Of a DNA stretch of 64,000 nucleotides, positions 43,219 to 53,350 are shown piece after piece; within the stretch, counting starts at the first letter, position 1; every line of letters begins with the position of its first letter. The notes beneath the pieces are model-generated. The model had not been told where the DNA came from and made no database searches. It was given only the letters and a program-made list of their open reading frames with translations. The stretch is from Kofleriaceae bacterium. Its GTDB lineage: Bacteria; Myxococcota_A; Polyangia; Haliangiales; Haliangiaceae. The position numbers and the translations under genes are program-made. Location of the stretch: assembly GCA_965215005.1 (NCBI GenBank), contig CBDCCZ010000018.1, forward strand, positions 288,001 through 352,000, written 5' to 3'.

Positions 43219-44253
43219 ATGTCTCAGCTTCGGATGGCCAAGGTAGTAGGAATCGCGGCGGTCGCCGCCATCGCTCTGGGCTCCCTCGCGGCCACGGCCG
43301 CCGCCGAGGACCGGCGAATCGCTACCCTTGCCCCTCCGGGGTCGACGTGGATGAAAATCCTCGAAAAGGGCGCGCAAGAGATCGAGCAGGCGACCGGCGG
43401 CCGCATCGCGGTGAAGTACTATCCCGGCGGCGTGCAAGGCGATGAGCGCGACGTCGTCCGCAAGATTCGCCTCAAGCAGCTCGATGGCGCTGCGGTCACC
43501 TCGATTGGCTTAGCCATGGTGGATCCGAGCATTCGAGTGCTCGAGCTGCCCATGCTGTTCGGCAGCGTCGAGGAGATGGAGTACGTCCGCGATCGCATGT
43601 GGCCATACTTTCAAAAGAAGTTCGAGAAGAAGGGTTTCGTGCTCGGCGACCCGGGCGAGGTCGGCTGGGTGTACTTCATGTCGCAGACGCCGATCCGCTC
43701 CCTCGCAGACCTGCGCAAGACCAAGACCTGGATGTGGTCCGATGACGTGGTCGTCCGCGAGGTGTTCAAGAAGCTCAACATCCCAGGCGTGCCACTCGGC
43801 GTTCCCGAGGTCCTCGCCGGTCTCACCAGCGGACGCATCAACGCCGCCTATGGCTCGCCCCTGGCAGCCGTCGCGCTGCAGTGGAACACCAAGGTCAAAT
43901 ACATGACCTCGATGCCGATGTCTTTTTCCCTGGGCGCGACCATCACTCGCAAAGACGTGTGGGATAGCGCGACCGCCGAAGATCAGGCCGTTCAGAAGAA
44001 GCTCGCTCGCCTCATTGGCAAGAAGCTGCGCCGCAACGTCCGCCGCGACAATGACAACGCGAAGAAGCAGATGACGCGCAAAGGCGTTGAGATCATCGAG
44101 ACGCCCAAAGAAATGGTCACCGAGTTCGAGAAGAGCGCCCAAGAAGTATGGGCAGACCTAACTGGCAAGGTGTTCTCGGCCGGCGAGCTCAAGATGGTCC
44201 TCAAGTTCCGCGACGAGTACCGCAAGAAGAACGGCAAGACTGCCGCCAATTAA
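43219..44253 (+). CDS. dctP: TRAP transporter substrate-binding protein (TatP type)
   Basis: IATLAPPGSTW, YPGGVQGDE, LDGAA, ALQW. Confidence 0.9.
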   Translation: MSQLRMAKVVGIAAVAAIALGSLAATAAAEDRRIATLAPPGSTWMKILEKGAQEIEQATGGRIAVKYYPGGVQGDERDVVRKIRLKQLDGAAVTSIGLAMVDPSIRVLELPMLFGSVEEMEYVRDRMWPYFQKKFEKKGFVLGDPGEVGWVYFMSQTPIRSLADLRKTKTWMWSDDVVVREVFKKLNIPGVPLGVPEVLAGLTSGRINAAYGSPLAAVALQWNTKVKYMTSMPMSFSLGATITRKDVWDSATAEDQAVQKKLARLIGKKLRRNVRRDNDNAKKQMTRKGVEIIETPKEMVTEFEKSAQEVWADLTGKVFSAGELKMVLKFRDEYRKKNGKTAAN

Positions 44254-44388
44254 CACGCCGCCGCGGACGTCTTGACGCGAGCGGCCGTGAGATCGCAAGC
44301 GAGCCCGTCGTTTTCAGCGCCGGGCTCGCGCGCGTTTCGGCGGCCGGCGATTGTGTTTCCTTCGCGCGTTACCTACGATTGACGCGCC

Positions 44389-45207
44389 TTGAGCGGTGAC
44401 AGGGATCAGGTTTTAGCGGCATCGGGGGGCAAGCACGCAGCGCCCGCTCTCGAGGCCACCTCCGGCGAGCTCGCTCGCAGCGATGAATCGACCCTCGCCT
44501 ACTTCGGCATCGGGGTCGCCATGGTGGTATTCACGGTGGCCACCGGTTACGTGCTGCAACGCAGCGCCGCCGACGCCGCCGTGCTCACGTGGGCCCTCAC
44601 GATGCTGCCGGGGCTCGGCGGAATTGCCATGGTAGGCCTCGGCGCCGCGCGCACCGCCAAACACGGCCTCGGCGTCGCACTGCCGCAGCACGAAGGTGCC
44701 CGGCGGCTGCTCCTGGTGATCGATCGCTGCTTGGGCTTCTGTGAACAGTTGCTGCTCGCCATCTGGCTTGCTGCCTTAATGGGCGCTTCGATCGGCCGCA
44801 AGCTCGCCGACCTCTCCGACGCCGGCTGGCCGGGCGCCGACGAGATGATTCGCTATTTCGTATTTTTCTCGGCACTCACCGGCGCCGCGCTCGCTGCGCA
44901 GCAGGAGCGACAAATCTCCATGGACTTCGTGACTCGCATGCTCGCGCGCCGGCCGCGAGCCATTCTCCGCCAGCTACTCCGCGTCTTCGTCATCGGGATG
45001 TGCTTGCTCCTGGCCTATGGCGGCAACGCGCTGCGGGTCTCTTCGGCCGCCGATCACGGAGAGTTCCTCGATCCGCCGACCGCACTCTGGGCGCTGCCCA
45101 TCGGGGCACTGCTCATCGCCGCGCACATGCTCCTGCACACGCTCATCGACCTCACCTACTTCGCGACCGGCACGCTTCCTCCCGAACCCGAGCAGGTGGC
45201 CCACTGA
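44389..45207 (+). CDS. dctQ: TRAP transporter small permease with N-terminal two-helix extension
   Basis: ADEMIRY...GAALA...ISMD; lies between dctP and dctM. Confidence 0.8.
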   Translation: MSGDRDQVLAASGGKHAAPALEATSGELARSDESTLAYFGIGVAMVVFTVATGYVLQRSAADAAVLTWALTMLPGLGGIAMVGLGAARTAKHGLGVALPQHEGARRLLLVIDRCLGFCEQLLLAIWLAALMGASIGRKLADLSDAGWPGADEMIRYFVFFSALTGAALAAQQERQISMDFVTRMLARRPRAILRQLLRVFVIGMCLLLAYGGNALRVSSAADHGEFLDPPTALWALPIGALLIAAHMLLHTLIDLTYFATGTLPPEPEQVAH

Positions 45208-47039
45208 TGCTCCTCCTTCTAGCCCTCTGCGTCATCGTACTGTTTCTCCTGGGCGCGCCGATTTTCGCGGTGATGATCGGCTTGGCGGCGGTGGGTTCGC
45301 TAGCGCTGCCGCGCGAGTTCTCGGCCGAGTTCAACGGCACCATGGCGGAAATTGCCCGCATGGGCACCGGCGAGTCGGCACAAGTGCTGGCGACCATCCC
45401 GCTGTTCATCTTCGCCGGCTACATCATGGCCGAATCAAAGACCGCCGATCGCTTGGTTCGCGTCGCGCAGGCGGGTCTTGGCTGGCTTCCCGGCGGACTT
45501 GCCGTCGTCACGATCTTGGCGTGCGCCATCTTCACCACCTTCACCGGCGCCTCCGGGGTCACCATCGTCGCTCTCGGCGGCTTACTCATGCCCTCGCTCA
45601 TCCAAGAGCGTTACCCCGAGCGCTTCGCCACTGGATTGGTCGCGGGCACCGGTTCGGTCGGGCTGCTGTTTCCGCCGGCGCTGCCGTTGTTCGTTTACGG
45701 CACCGTATTTGGCTTGCAGGAAAGTCTGGCCAAGAGCTCGAGCGGGTTCGAGACCGACCGCTTTCTATTCGCCGGTGTGGTTCCCGGCGCCGTGCTCATC
45801 GGCATCCTCGCCGGCGTCGCTATCGTGGTGGCCATCATCCGCCGTGTGCCGCGCCGGCCATTTTCGCCCGCCGCCTTTGCGATGGCCATGGTTGGCTCCT
45901 ACGCCGAGCGCGATGGCAACGGCCGCATCGTCAAGCTCGGCACCGCGCTGCCCGAAATCATCATTCCATTCCTCGTCATCTTCTTGATCGCCAACGGCGT
46001 CGCCATCCCCGAGGTCGCCGCGATGACCGTGGTGTACGTGGCGGTCTTGGAAATCGGGATCTATCGCGACTTGCCGCTTACCCGCCTGTGGCGGCTGATC
46101 CGCGAGTCCATGGGTCTTGCCGGCGCGATCTTCATCATCATCTTTGCCGCCGCCGCGTTCACCAACTACCTGGTCACCGCCGAGGTGCCGCAGGAAATGG
46201 TCGAGTGGATCAGTGCCCACGTCGAGTCCAAGTGGGCATTCCTGTTAGCACTCAACGTCTTATTGATCGCGGTCGGGATGATCATGGACATCTTCTCAGC
46301 CATCGTGGTGGTGGTCCCGCTGATCGCGCCGATGGCTCGCCAGTTCGGCATCGATCCCTACCACCTCGGCGTGATTTTCCTTCTCAATCTCGAGATTGGC
46401 TACCTCACGCCGCCGGTAGGCCTGAATCTGTTCATCACCGCGTACAAGTTTCAAAAGCCGGTCGCCGAGGTCATTCGCGCGACGCTGCCGTTCTTGCTCG
46501 CAATGATCGTTGCGCTCGGCCTGGTCACCTACATTCCGGCGCTCACAGTGGTGCCTCCGGCCAAGCGCACCGGACGGCTCGACAACTTGCTCGTCCTCGT
46601 GCAAGAAGGCCGTCGCAGCCTCGATTACGTCCAGGAAGTCACGTTGCCGGACGGCAAGGTCAAGCGCTTCGACGACTGCCGCGCTCTCAGCGCATTCGAA
46701 CGCAACAACTGCGAGACGCTGTTTGCCGACGTCACCCAGTGTCGTCGCGACGCGGGCGGGATGGCCAATAGCGACTGCGAGCGCGACGTCATCGCCACCT
46801 TCCTTTCCGATCAGAGCATAGAGTTCGACCTCGACACCGAGCTCGAGAAGAAGCCCGAGCTCGACCCCGCGCTGCAAGAGATGCTCGACGAAGACAATCA
46901 AGGTCAAGACGGCGAGCTCGATCCCGAGCTCCGCAAGCTTCTCGACGAAACCGAAGGCGAGACCGAGCCCACGCCCGCCGCGCCCGAGGACGAGCTCGAT
47001 CCCGAGCTACAAAAACTGCTCGATGAAGTCGCGGAGTAA
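45207..47039 (+). CDS. dctM: TRAP transporter large permease with soluble C-terminal extension
   Basis: TIPLFIFAG, FTGASGVTI, GLLFPP, EIGYLTPPVGLNLF; start ATG 45207 overlaps dctQ stop. Confidence 0.93.
   Translation: MLLLLALCVIVLFLLGAPIFAVMIGLAAVGSLALPREFSAEFNGTMAEIARMGTGESAQVLATIPLFIFAGYIMAESKTADRLVRVAQAGLGWLPGGLAVVTILACAIFTTFTGASGVTIVALGGLLMPSLIQERYPERFATGLVAGTGSVGLLFPPALPLFVYGTVFGLQESLAKSSSGFETDRFLFAGVVPGAVLIGILAGVAIVVAIIRRVPRRPFSPAAFAMAMVGSYAERDGNGRIVKLGTALPEIIIPFLVIFLIANGVAIPEVAAMTVVYVAVLEIGIYRDLPLTRLWRLIRESMGLAGAIFIIIFAAAAFTNYLVTAEVPQEMVEWISAHVESKWAFLLALNVLLIAVGMIMDIFSAIVVVVPLIAPMARQFGIDPYHLGVIFLLNLEIGYLTPPVGLNLFITAYKFQKPVAEVIRATLPFLLAMIVALGLVTYIPALTVVPPAKRTGRLDNLLVLVQEGRRSLDYVQEVTLPDGKVKRFDDCRALSAFERNNCETLFADVTQCRRDAGGMANSDCERDVIATFLSDQSIEFDLDTELEKKPELDPALQEMLDEDNQGQDGELDPELRKLLDETEGETEPTPAAPEDELDPELQKLLDEVAE
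46856..47027 (+). repeat. Three dispersed ~37-bp repeats encoding ELDPxLxxxLDE in the DctM tail
   Basis: Copies start near 46856, 46913 and 46991. Confidence 0.85.
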
Positions 47040-47045
47040 GTCCTT

Positions 47046-47933
47046 GTGAGGACGGCGCGCGCGATACTCGCGACGGCGCGTCCCCATCAATGGGTAAAGA
47101 ATCTCTTCGTCGTCGCACCGCTGGTGTTTTCCAAGCACCTGTTCATGGTCGACTACGTAGCGCGGACGCTCATTGCCACGGCGGCGTTCTGCGCGGTCTC
47201 GGCCGCGGTGTACACCTTCAACGATCTGCGCGACGCTGAGGCCGATCGCGCCCATCCCATCAAGTGCCGCCGCCCGATCGCCAGTGGCGAGCTCGAAGAG
47301 AATCTCGCCATCGCCGCGACCGCGGCTTGGGCAGCGGCGGCGATCACCGTCAGCCTCGCCCTCTCTTGGGAAGTCTTGGCTGCCACCGCCGGATATTTGG
47401 CGGTCAATCTCTGCTATTCGCTCGGCCTCAAGCGAGTCGCGTTCGTCGATGTGATGGCCATCGCCGGCGGCTTCTTGCTGCGCGTCTTGGCCGGCGCCTA
47501 TGCGATCGCAGTGCCGGTCTCGCCCTGGCTGTTGGCGTGCACGGGGCTACTCGCGTCGTTGCTCGGCTTTGGCAAGCGCGCCCACGAGTTGCTCCTGGCC
47601 AACCGCGCCGGCCGCCAGGCCGCTGCCACCCGCGCCGCCCTCGCTGGCTACCATCTCGGGCTATTACGCGTGCTGTTGCTGGTGTTGGCCCTCGCAACCT
47701 GCGTCGCCTACGCGCTCTACACCCGCGATGCGCGGACCGTGGCGTTCTTTGGCACCGAGTCGCTCGCGTTCACGTTGCCGTTTTGCGTCGCCGGCATCGG
47801 CCGCTTCTTGTGGTTGACGCTGATTCGCCCGCGTGACACCAGCCCCACCGAAGCGATGCTGCGCGACTGGCCGTTTCTCCTCAATCTTGCCGTCTGGGCC
47901 GCCACCGTCGTCGCTATCGTCTACGGCACCTGA
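47046..47933 (+). CDS. UbiA-family decaprenyl-phosphate phosphoribosyltransferase-like protein
   Basis: RPHQWVKN, YTFNDLRDAEADRAHPIK.RRPIASG, GFLLRVLAG, KRAHE. Confidence 0.88.
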   Translation: MRTARAILATARPHQWVKNLFVVAPLVFSKHLFMVDYVARTLIATAAFCAVSAAVYTFNDLRDAEADRAHPIKCRRPIASGELEENLAIAATAAWAAAAITVSLALSWEVLAATAGYLAVNLCYSLGLKRVAFVDVMAIAGGFLLRVLAGAYAIAVPVSPWLLACTGLLASLLGFGKRAHELLLANRAGRQAAATRAALAGYHLGLLRVLLLVLALATCVAYALYTRDARTVAFFGTESLAFTLPFCVAGIGRFLWLTLIRPRDTSPTEAMLRDWPFLLNLAVWAATVVAIVYGT

Positions 47934-47967
47934 GTACGCCGCCGCGGGACTCATGACGCAGCAATCC

Positions 47968-47990
47968 GCCGCCCCGACGCGGGGCAAGGG
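47968..47990. repeat. 23-bp intergenic hairpin element, copy 1
   Basis: gccgccccgacgcggggcaaggg, identical to 63539-63561. Confidence 0.8.
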
Positions 47991-48109
47991 CGGCAGATTT
48001 CCGCTACTCACGCGTCCCCTTCGGCGTCTCCCCAAGCGATTGTTGTGTTTCTAGCGGTTCACGATCTCTCCCCTCGTGAGCCCCGCGCCTGTGCTACAAC
48101 GCGTGGCCC

Positions 48110-49171
48110 ATGGACGAGGCGGGCCACATCGCGCGCCGCAAGGCCGAGCACCTCCAGGTTGCAGCCAGCGGCACTGCTGACTTTCGCCGCTCGACTCTTC
48201 TAGAAGACGTGCACCTGGTGCATCAGTCGCTGCCCGAGCGCGCTCTCGACGACATCGACACCAGCATCGAGCTCCTCGGCCATCGGTTGCGAGCGCCGCT
48301 CATCATCAGCGGCATGACCGGCGGTACCGAAGAGGCCGGGCAAATCAACCGCGACTTGGCGCGCGCCGCCGAGCGCTTTGGCGTCGGCTTTGGCGTCGGC
48401 TCGCAGCGCGCCATGGCCGAGCACCCCGAGCTCGAGCACACCTTCATGGTGCGCGATGTCGCGCCCGACGTGTTTCTCATCGGCAATATCGGTGTGGTGC
48501 AAGCGCGGACGTTCGGTTCAACGCGCGTCGTCGAGCTCGCCCGCCGCATCGGCGCCAGCGCCATGGCGGTGCACCTCAATCCGGCGCAAGAGATGATTCA
48601 GGGCGGTGGTGATCGCGACTTCCGCGGCGGCCTGGAAACCATTGCGGCGCTCGCCGACGCGCTGCCGGTGCCGCTCATCGTCAAAGAAACTGGCTGCGGC
48701 CTCTCCGCCGAAGTCGCCGCCAAGCTCGCCGCATGCGGAGTGCGCGCGGTCGACGTCAGCGGTGCCGGCGGGACCTCGTGGGTTGCCGTCGAAGCGCGCC
48801 GCGCCACGGAGGAGCAAGCGCGCTGCCTGGGCGAAGAGCTTTGGGACTGGGGCATCCCCACCGCCGTCACCACCGTCGCCTGCGCCCGCGCGGGTCTCGA
48901 GGTGATCGCCACCGGCGGCCTGCGCAGCGGCCACGACGTCGCGCGCGCGCTGGCACTGGGCGCCCGGGCCGGTGGTCTCGCCGCGCCGGCACTGCGGGCG
49001 CACAACGCCGGCGGCCGCGCAGCCGTCGAGCGCTTCCTCGATAGCATCCTGGGCTCGGTACGCGTCATCACGCTGCTCGCTGGCTGCAAGAGCGTCACCG
49101 AGTTGGCGACCGCCCCGCGACATCTAGGCTCCACGCTCAAGGGTTGGCTCGATGACCTCGGCCTTCGGTAA
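48110..49171 (+). CDS. fni: Type 2 isopentenyl-diphosphate isomerase
   Basis: RRKAEH, SGMTGG, GSQR, HLNPAQE, KETGCG, GAGGTSW. Confidence 0.95.
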   Translation: MDEAGHIARRKAEHLQVAASGTADFRRSTLLEDVHLVHQSLPERALDDIDTSIELLGHRLRAPLIISGMTGGTEEAGQINRDLARAAERFGVGFGVGSQRAMAEHPELEHTFMVRDVAPDVFLIGNIGVVQARTFGSTRVVELARRIGASAMAVHLNPAQEMIQGGGDRDFRGGLETIAALADALPVPLIVKETGCGLSAEVAAKLAACGVRAVDVSGAGGTSWVAVEARRATEEQARCLGEELWDWGIPTAVTTVACARAGLEVIATGGLRSGHDVARALALGARAGGLAAPALRAHNAGGRAAVERFLDSILGSVRVITLLAGCKSVTELATAPRHLGSTLKGWLDDLGLR

Positions 49172-50045
49172 AGCGATCCTGTTGGGCGAGCACGCGGTGG
49201 TCCATGGCCATCCCGCCCTGGCCGCCGCCATCGACTACGGGGTCACCGTGCAGAGCGCCCCGGCGCCGGCCCTGCGACTGCGGGCGCCGCGATGGGACCT
49301 CGACGTCGCCGCCACCGATGACCATCCCGTCGCCCGCGCCATGGTTGCGTTGGCTCGCGCGCTCGCTAGCGAACCGCTCGAGTTCACCTGCGACGCAACC
49401 GTTCCCGCGGCCGCCGGGCTCGGCTCCTCGGCGGCGCTTTCCGTGGCGATGGCGCGCGCCATCGCAGTCGCCGCAGGCCGTACGCTCTCACAGGCGGAGC
49501 TCGAGGCCGCTGCCGATGCTGCCGAACGCTGCTTTCACGACAATCCCAGCGGCGTCGACGTCGCGCTCGCCAGTCGCGGCGGCGTCGGTCTCTATCGCCG
49601 CGGCCACGGCCTGCAGGCCATTGACGCCGCTCCGTTCTGCCTCGCCGTCGGCCTCTCCGGCGAGCCACGCAGCACCGCGGCGATGGTTGGCCGGGTTAGC
49701 CGCGCCCTCGAGGACGATCGAGCCGCCACCGCGCATCATTTAGAAGCGCTCGGTGGTGCCGCCGAGCGCGGCGCCGAGGCACTGCGCACCGGCGATGTTC
49801 AGACCCTGGGTTTGCTCATGGCCGAAGCGCATCACACCCTCGCCACCCTCGGAGTCTCCACCGCGGCGCTCGATCGGATGGTCGAGCTGGCAACGGATGC
49901 CGGGGCGCTCGGTGCCAAGCTCACGGGAGCTGGCGGCGGCGGCGCGGTGTTGGCCTTGGCTCCGCAGCGCGAAGAGGCCATCGCTCAGGCGTGGCGACAG
50001 GCTGGATTTCAAGCCTTCGTGTGCGTCGCCGGGGTTACGCCGTGA
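49152..50045 (+). CDS. mvk: Mevalonate kinase
   Basis: GKAILLGEHAVVHG, GLGSSAA, NPSGVD, KLTGAGGGG. Confidence 0.93.
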   Translation: MTSAFGKAILLGEHAVVHGHPALAAAIDYGVTVQSAPAPALRLRAPRWDLDVAATDDHPVARAMVALARALASEPLEFTCDATVPAAAGLGSSAALSVAMARAIAVAAGRTLSQAELEAAADAAERCFHDNPSGVDVALASRGGVGLYRRGHGLQAIDAAPFCLAVGLSGEPRSTAAMVGRVSRALEDDRAATAHHLEALGGAAERGAEALRTGDVQTLGLLMAEAHHTLATLGVSTAALDRMVELATDAGALGAKLTGAGGGGAVLALAPQREEAIAQAWRQAGFQAFVCVAGVTP

Positions 50046-51016
50046 AGCATGCCGCCACGGCTCGTGCACACGCCAACATCGCCCTGATCAAGTATTGGGG
50101 CAAACGCGACGCCGCGCTCAACCTGCCGGCCGCCGGCAGCCTATCGCTCACTCTCGAGGCGCTCACCACCACCACCACGGTTACCTTTGATTCCGCACTA
50201 ATGAGCGATCAGCTGATCCTCGGCGGCACCGAGGTCGCCGACGCGCGAATCAGTCCGTGGCTCGATGTGGTGCGCACCCAGGCCGGCTTCGATACCCGAG
50301 CGCGAATCGAGAGCCACAACGACTTTCCCACCGCCTCCGGCCTAGCATCCTCGGCCTCGGCGTACGCGGCGTTGGCGCTGGCCGCAACGGCCGCGGCCGG
50401 GCTCACGCTGCCGGCGCGCGAGCTCAGCGTGCTCGCCCGCCGCGGCTCCGGCTCGGCAGCGCGGTCGATCTTTGGCGGTTTGGTGCGCATGCATGCCGGT
50501 CGCGCCGCCGATGGCACCGACAGCTACGCCGAGCCCCTGCCCCACGACTGGCCGCTGCGCATGATCGTCGCGGTGGTCGGCGGTGGTGCGAAAAAAGCGC
50601 ACGGCTCGCGCGATGCGATGGAGCACTGCGCCCGCACCTCGCCGCTGTATCGCGGCTGGCTCGCAGCGGTGCCCGAGGATCTCGCCGCCGCCACCACCGC
50701 CATCGAGGAGCGCGATCTGGCCGCTCTCGGCGCCATCACCGAAGCCAGCGCAATGACCATGCATGCCGCCGCTATAGCCTCTCGACCCGCGATTCTCTAC
50801 TGGCAGCCGACCACCCTGGCGTGCCTCGCACAGGTTCACAGCCTGCGCGAGCGCGGCATCGCAGCGTTTGCCACCATGGACGCCGGTCCGCACGTCAAGG
50901 TCCTCACTAGCATCGAGCACGCAGCAGCCGTTGCCGCCGCGATGCGTGACGTCGCCGGCGTCACCCACGTCTATGAGAGCGCGCCCGGCCCCGGCGCCTC
51001 ATTGGTGACGCCATGA
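50042..51016 (+). CDS. mvaD: Diphosphomevalonate decarboxylase
   Basis: ANIALIKYWGK, GLASSAS, GSGSAARS, TMDAGPHVK; start GTG 50042. Confidence 0.95.
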   Translation: MKHAATARAHANIALIKYWGKRDAALNLPAAGSLSLTLEALTTTTTVTFDSALMSDQLILGGTEVADARISPWLDVVRTQAGFDTRARIESHNDFPTASGLASSASAYAALALAATAAAGLTLPARELSVLARRGSGSAARSIFGGLVRMHAGRAADGTDSYAEPLPHDWPLRMIVAVVGGGAKKAHGSRDAMEHCARTSPLYRGWLAAVPEDLAAATTAIEERDLAALGAITEASAMTMHAAAIASRPAILYWQPTTLACLAQVHSLRERGIAAFATMDAGPHVKVLTSIEHAAAVAAAMRDVAGVTHVYESAPGPGASLVTP

Positions 51017-51978
51017 GTCGGCGCGCACGCGCCCCCGGAAAGCTGATGCTCGCCGGCGAGTATGCCGTGCTCGATGGCGCCACCTGCGTCATGACCACGG
51101 TCGACCGCTATGCCACCGCCCGGTTGGGCCCGCCGCATCGCTACCCGCCGTCGCCGTTCTTGGCCGCCCTTGCCGAGCTTGCAGCGGCTCGGTTTGGCGC
51201 AGGAAGCCCCGCGGCCGAGGCCGCCGAACGCCTCGTCGTCGATTCCACCGAGCTAGCCTCGGACGATGGCGTCAAGCTCGGCCTTGGCTCCAGCGCGGCG
51301 GTCACCGTCGCCGGCGCGGCGCTGGTGCTGGCCCAACACGACGCTGAGCCCACCCGAGCAGCCATTCACGAGCTCGCCGACGCCGCCCATGGCCAGGCGC
51401 AACACGCCATGGGCGCCCGCGGCAGTGGCGCCGACGTCGCCGCCAGCGTTCACGGCGGCTTTTTGGCTTTCACCCGCGATACCCCGGTGCACCCGTTGCG
51501 CCTGCCTGAGGACCTCGCGCTGCTGTGCGTTTGGACCGGCCTTGCCGCCGATACCCGGGTGCTCGTGCGGACGGTGGGCGGCTACCGTGCTCGCGATCCC
51601 CGCGGCTACGAACGGGCCATCACCGCCATCGCCGCCGCCGCGGCGGACCTCGTCGGCGCCGACACCGCCGCCGCCGCCATTGCTGCCATCGACCGCGGCG
51701 GGCGCGCCTTGGCTGCCCTTGGCACCGCGTCGCGCATCGATTTGGTCCCCGAAGCAGTGCGGCGCATGCAACAGCTGCTGGCGCCGCTCGGTGGAGCCGT
51801 CAAGCCAACGGGTGCTGGCGGTGGTGACGTCGCCGTCGTCGCCGTCGCCCGCGATGCGGCTGCCAACGCCGCCGCCGTCCTCGCTCGCGCCGGCTTTGCG
51901 TACCTGCCGCTCAACCTCGGCGTCACCGGGGTGGAGCTCGTCGCTCAGCAGTCGAATCCTTCCAGCCAAACCGACTAA
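51013..51978 (+). CDS. Phosphomevalonate kinase
   Basis: APGKLMLAGEYAVL, KLGLGSSAA, GSGADVAAS, KPTGAGGGD. Confidence 0.88.
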   Translation: MSRRARAPGKLMLAGEYAVLDGATCVMTTVDRYATARLGPPHRYPPSPFLAALAELAAARFGAGSPAAEAAERLVVDSTELASDDGVKLGLGSSAAVTVAGAALVLAQHDAEPTRAAIHELADAAHGQAQHAMGARGSGADVAASVHGGFLAFTRDTPVHPLRLPEDLALLCVWTGLAADTRVLVRTVGGYRARDPRGYERAITAIAAAAADLVGADTAAAAIAAIDRGGRALAALGTASRIDLVPEAVRRMQQLLAPLGGAVKPTGAGGGDVAVVAVARDAAANAAAVLARAGFAYLPLNLGVTGVELVAQQSNPSSQTD

Positions 51979-52041
51979 ACCGACTAGCCAGCTCCAGCCA
52001 CATCTATATAGTAGAACCAACTGCATAGTAGAACCAACTGC
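51968..52041. repeat. Two short tandem duplications (9 bp and 17 bp) between phosphomevalonate kinase and HMG-CoA reductase
   Basis: aaaccgact x2 at 51968-51985; atagtagaaccaactgc x2 at 52008-52041. Confidence 0.9.
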
Positions 52042-52042
52042 A

Positions 52043-53350
52043 ATGGCTCACGGTTCCTCGCGCATCCCCGGCTTCTATCGGTTCGCCATCGACCGGCGGC
52101 GCCGTCAGCTCGCCGAGCTCCGCGAGCTGGATGAACAGGAGCTGGAGCTCTTCGACCACGGCGGCATCGACCGCGAGATCGCCGACGGCATGATTGAAAA
52201 CGTCGTCGGCACCTACGCGCTGCCGCTCGGCGTCGGGCTTAACTTCCAAGTCAACGGCACCGACTACCTGGTGCCGATGGCCATCGAGGAGCCGTCGGTG
52301 GTCGCGGCCGCCTCGGGGGCCGCCAAGCTCGTTCGCATGAGCGGCGGCTTCACCGCCAGCGCCTCGCTGCCGATCATGATCGGCCAGGTGCAGCTCGTCG
52401 ACCTCGCCGATCCCGCAGCGGCGGCAGCGAGCATCGAAGCCCACCGCGACCGGCTGCTAGCCCTCGCCCGCGAGCTCGCGCCCCGCCTGGTTGCTCGCGG
52501 CGGCGGCCCGGTGGATCTCGAAGTACGCGTGCTGCGCGATCCAGCCAGCGGCGCGAGCATGGTGATCGTTCACCTGCTCGTCGATTGTCGCGACGCGATG
52601 GGCGCCAACCTCGTCAACTCCCTCGCCGAAGGCATCGCCGGCGAGCTCGCCGCGCTCACCGGTGCTCGCGTCGGGCTGCGTATCCTATCGAACTTGTGCG
52701 ACCGCCGCACGGTCACGGTGCGCTGCCGCGTTTCCCATGCGAGCCTCGGCGGCGCCGCGATTGCCGAGGCCATCGCCAGCGCCTCGCGGTTTGCCGAGCT
52801 CGACCCGTACCGCGCTGCGACCCATAACAAAGGCATCATGAACGGCATCGATGCGGTGCTGCTGGCTACCGGCAACGACTGGCGCGGCGTCGAAGCGGGT
52901 GCTCACGCGTTTGCGTGCACCACCGGCCAATACCGGCCGCTGGCGACGTGGCGGTCCGAGGGCGAGGCTCTCATCGGCACCATGACCCTGCCGCTCGCGG
53001 TCGGCACCGTCGGCGGCGCATTGCACGTGCATCCGGGCGCGCGGCTGTCGCTAGCGCTGCTCGCGGTCGGCAGCGCGGCCGAGCTAGCCACCGTCATCGC
53101 CGCGGTCGGCTTGGCCAGCAATTTGGCCGCGCTGCGCGCGCTCGCCACCGATGGCATCCAGCGCGGTCACATGTCGCTGCACGCTCGCGTGGTCGCGCGT
53201 GCTGCCGGCGCCCGCGGCGACCTCCTCGAGCAGGTTGCCGCCGAGCTCGCCCGCCTTGGCGACGTCAAGACCGAGCGCGCCCGACAGATCCTCGACTCGC
53301 TGCGTGCCAGCGAGCTGTCCTCGACCTTCACCATCAAGGAGCCGACGTGA
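52043..53350 (+). CDS. mvaA: Class II HMG-CoA reductase
   Basis: MIENVVG, EEPSVVAA, DAMGAN, RILSN, THNKGIMNG, GIQRGHM; start ATG 52043. Confidence 0.95.
   Translation: MAHGSSRIPGFYRFAIDRRRRQLAELRELDEQELELFDHGGIDREIADGMIENVVGTYALPLGVGLNFQVNGTDYLVPMAIEEPSVVAAASGAAKLVRMSGGFTASASLPIMIGQVQLVDLADPAAAAASIEAHRDRLLALARELAPRLVARGGGPVDLEVRVLRDPASGASMVIVHLLVDCRDAMGANLVNSLAEGIAGELAALTGARVGLRILSNLCDRRTVTVRCRVSHASLGGAAIAEAIASASRFAELDPYRAATHNKGIMNGIDAVLLATGNDWRGVEAGAHAFACTTGQYRPLATWRSEGEALIGTMTLPLAVGTVGGALHVHPGARLSLALLAVGSAAELATVIAAVGLASNLAALRALATDGIQRGHMSLHARVVARAAGARGDLLEQVAAELARLGDVKTERARQILDSLRASELSSTFTIKEPT

Noticed and set aside
45017..46771. 584-aa alternative-frame ORF
   Set aside because: Arg-rich off-frame shadow of dctM
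51266..53350. Fusion of an unknown domain to HMG-CoA reductase (694 aa)
   Set aside because: Upstream part overlaps phosphomevalonate kinase off-frame and is low-complexity; homology begins at ATG 52043
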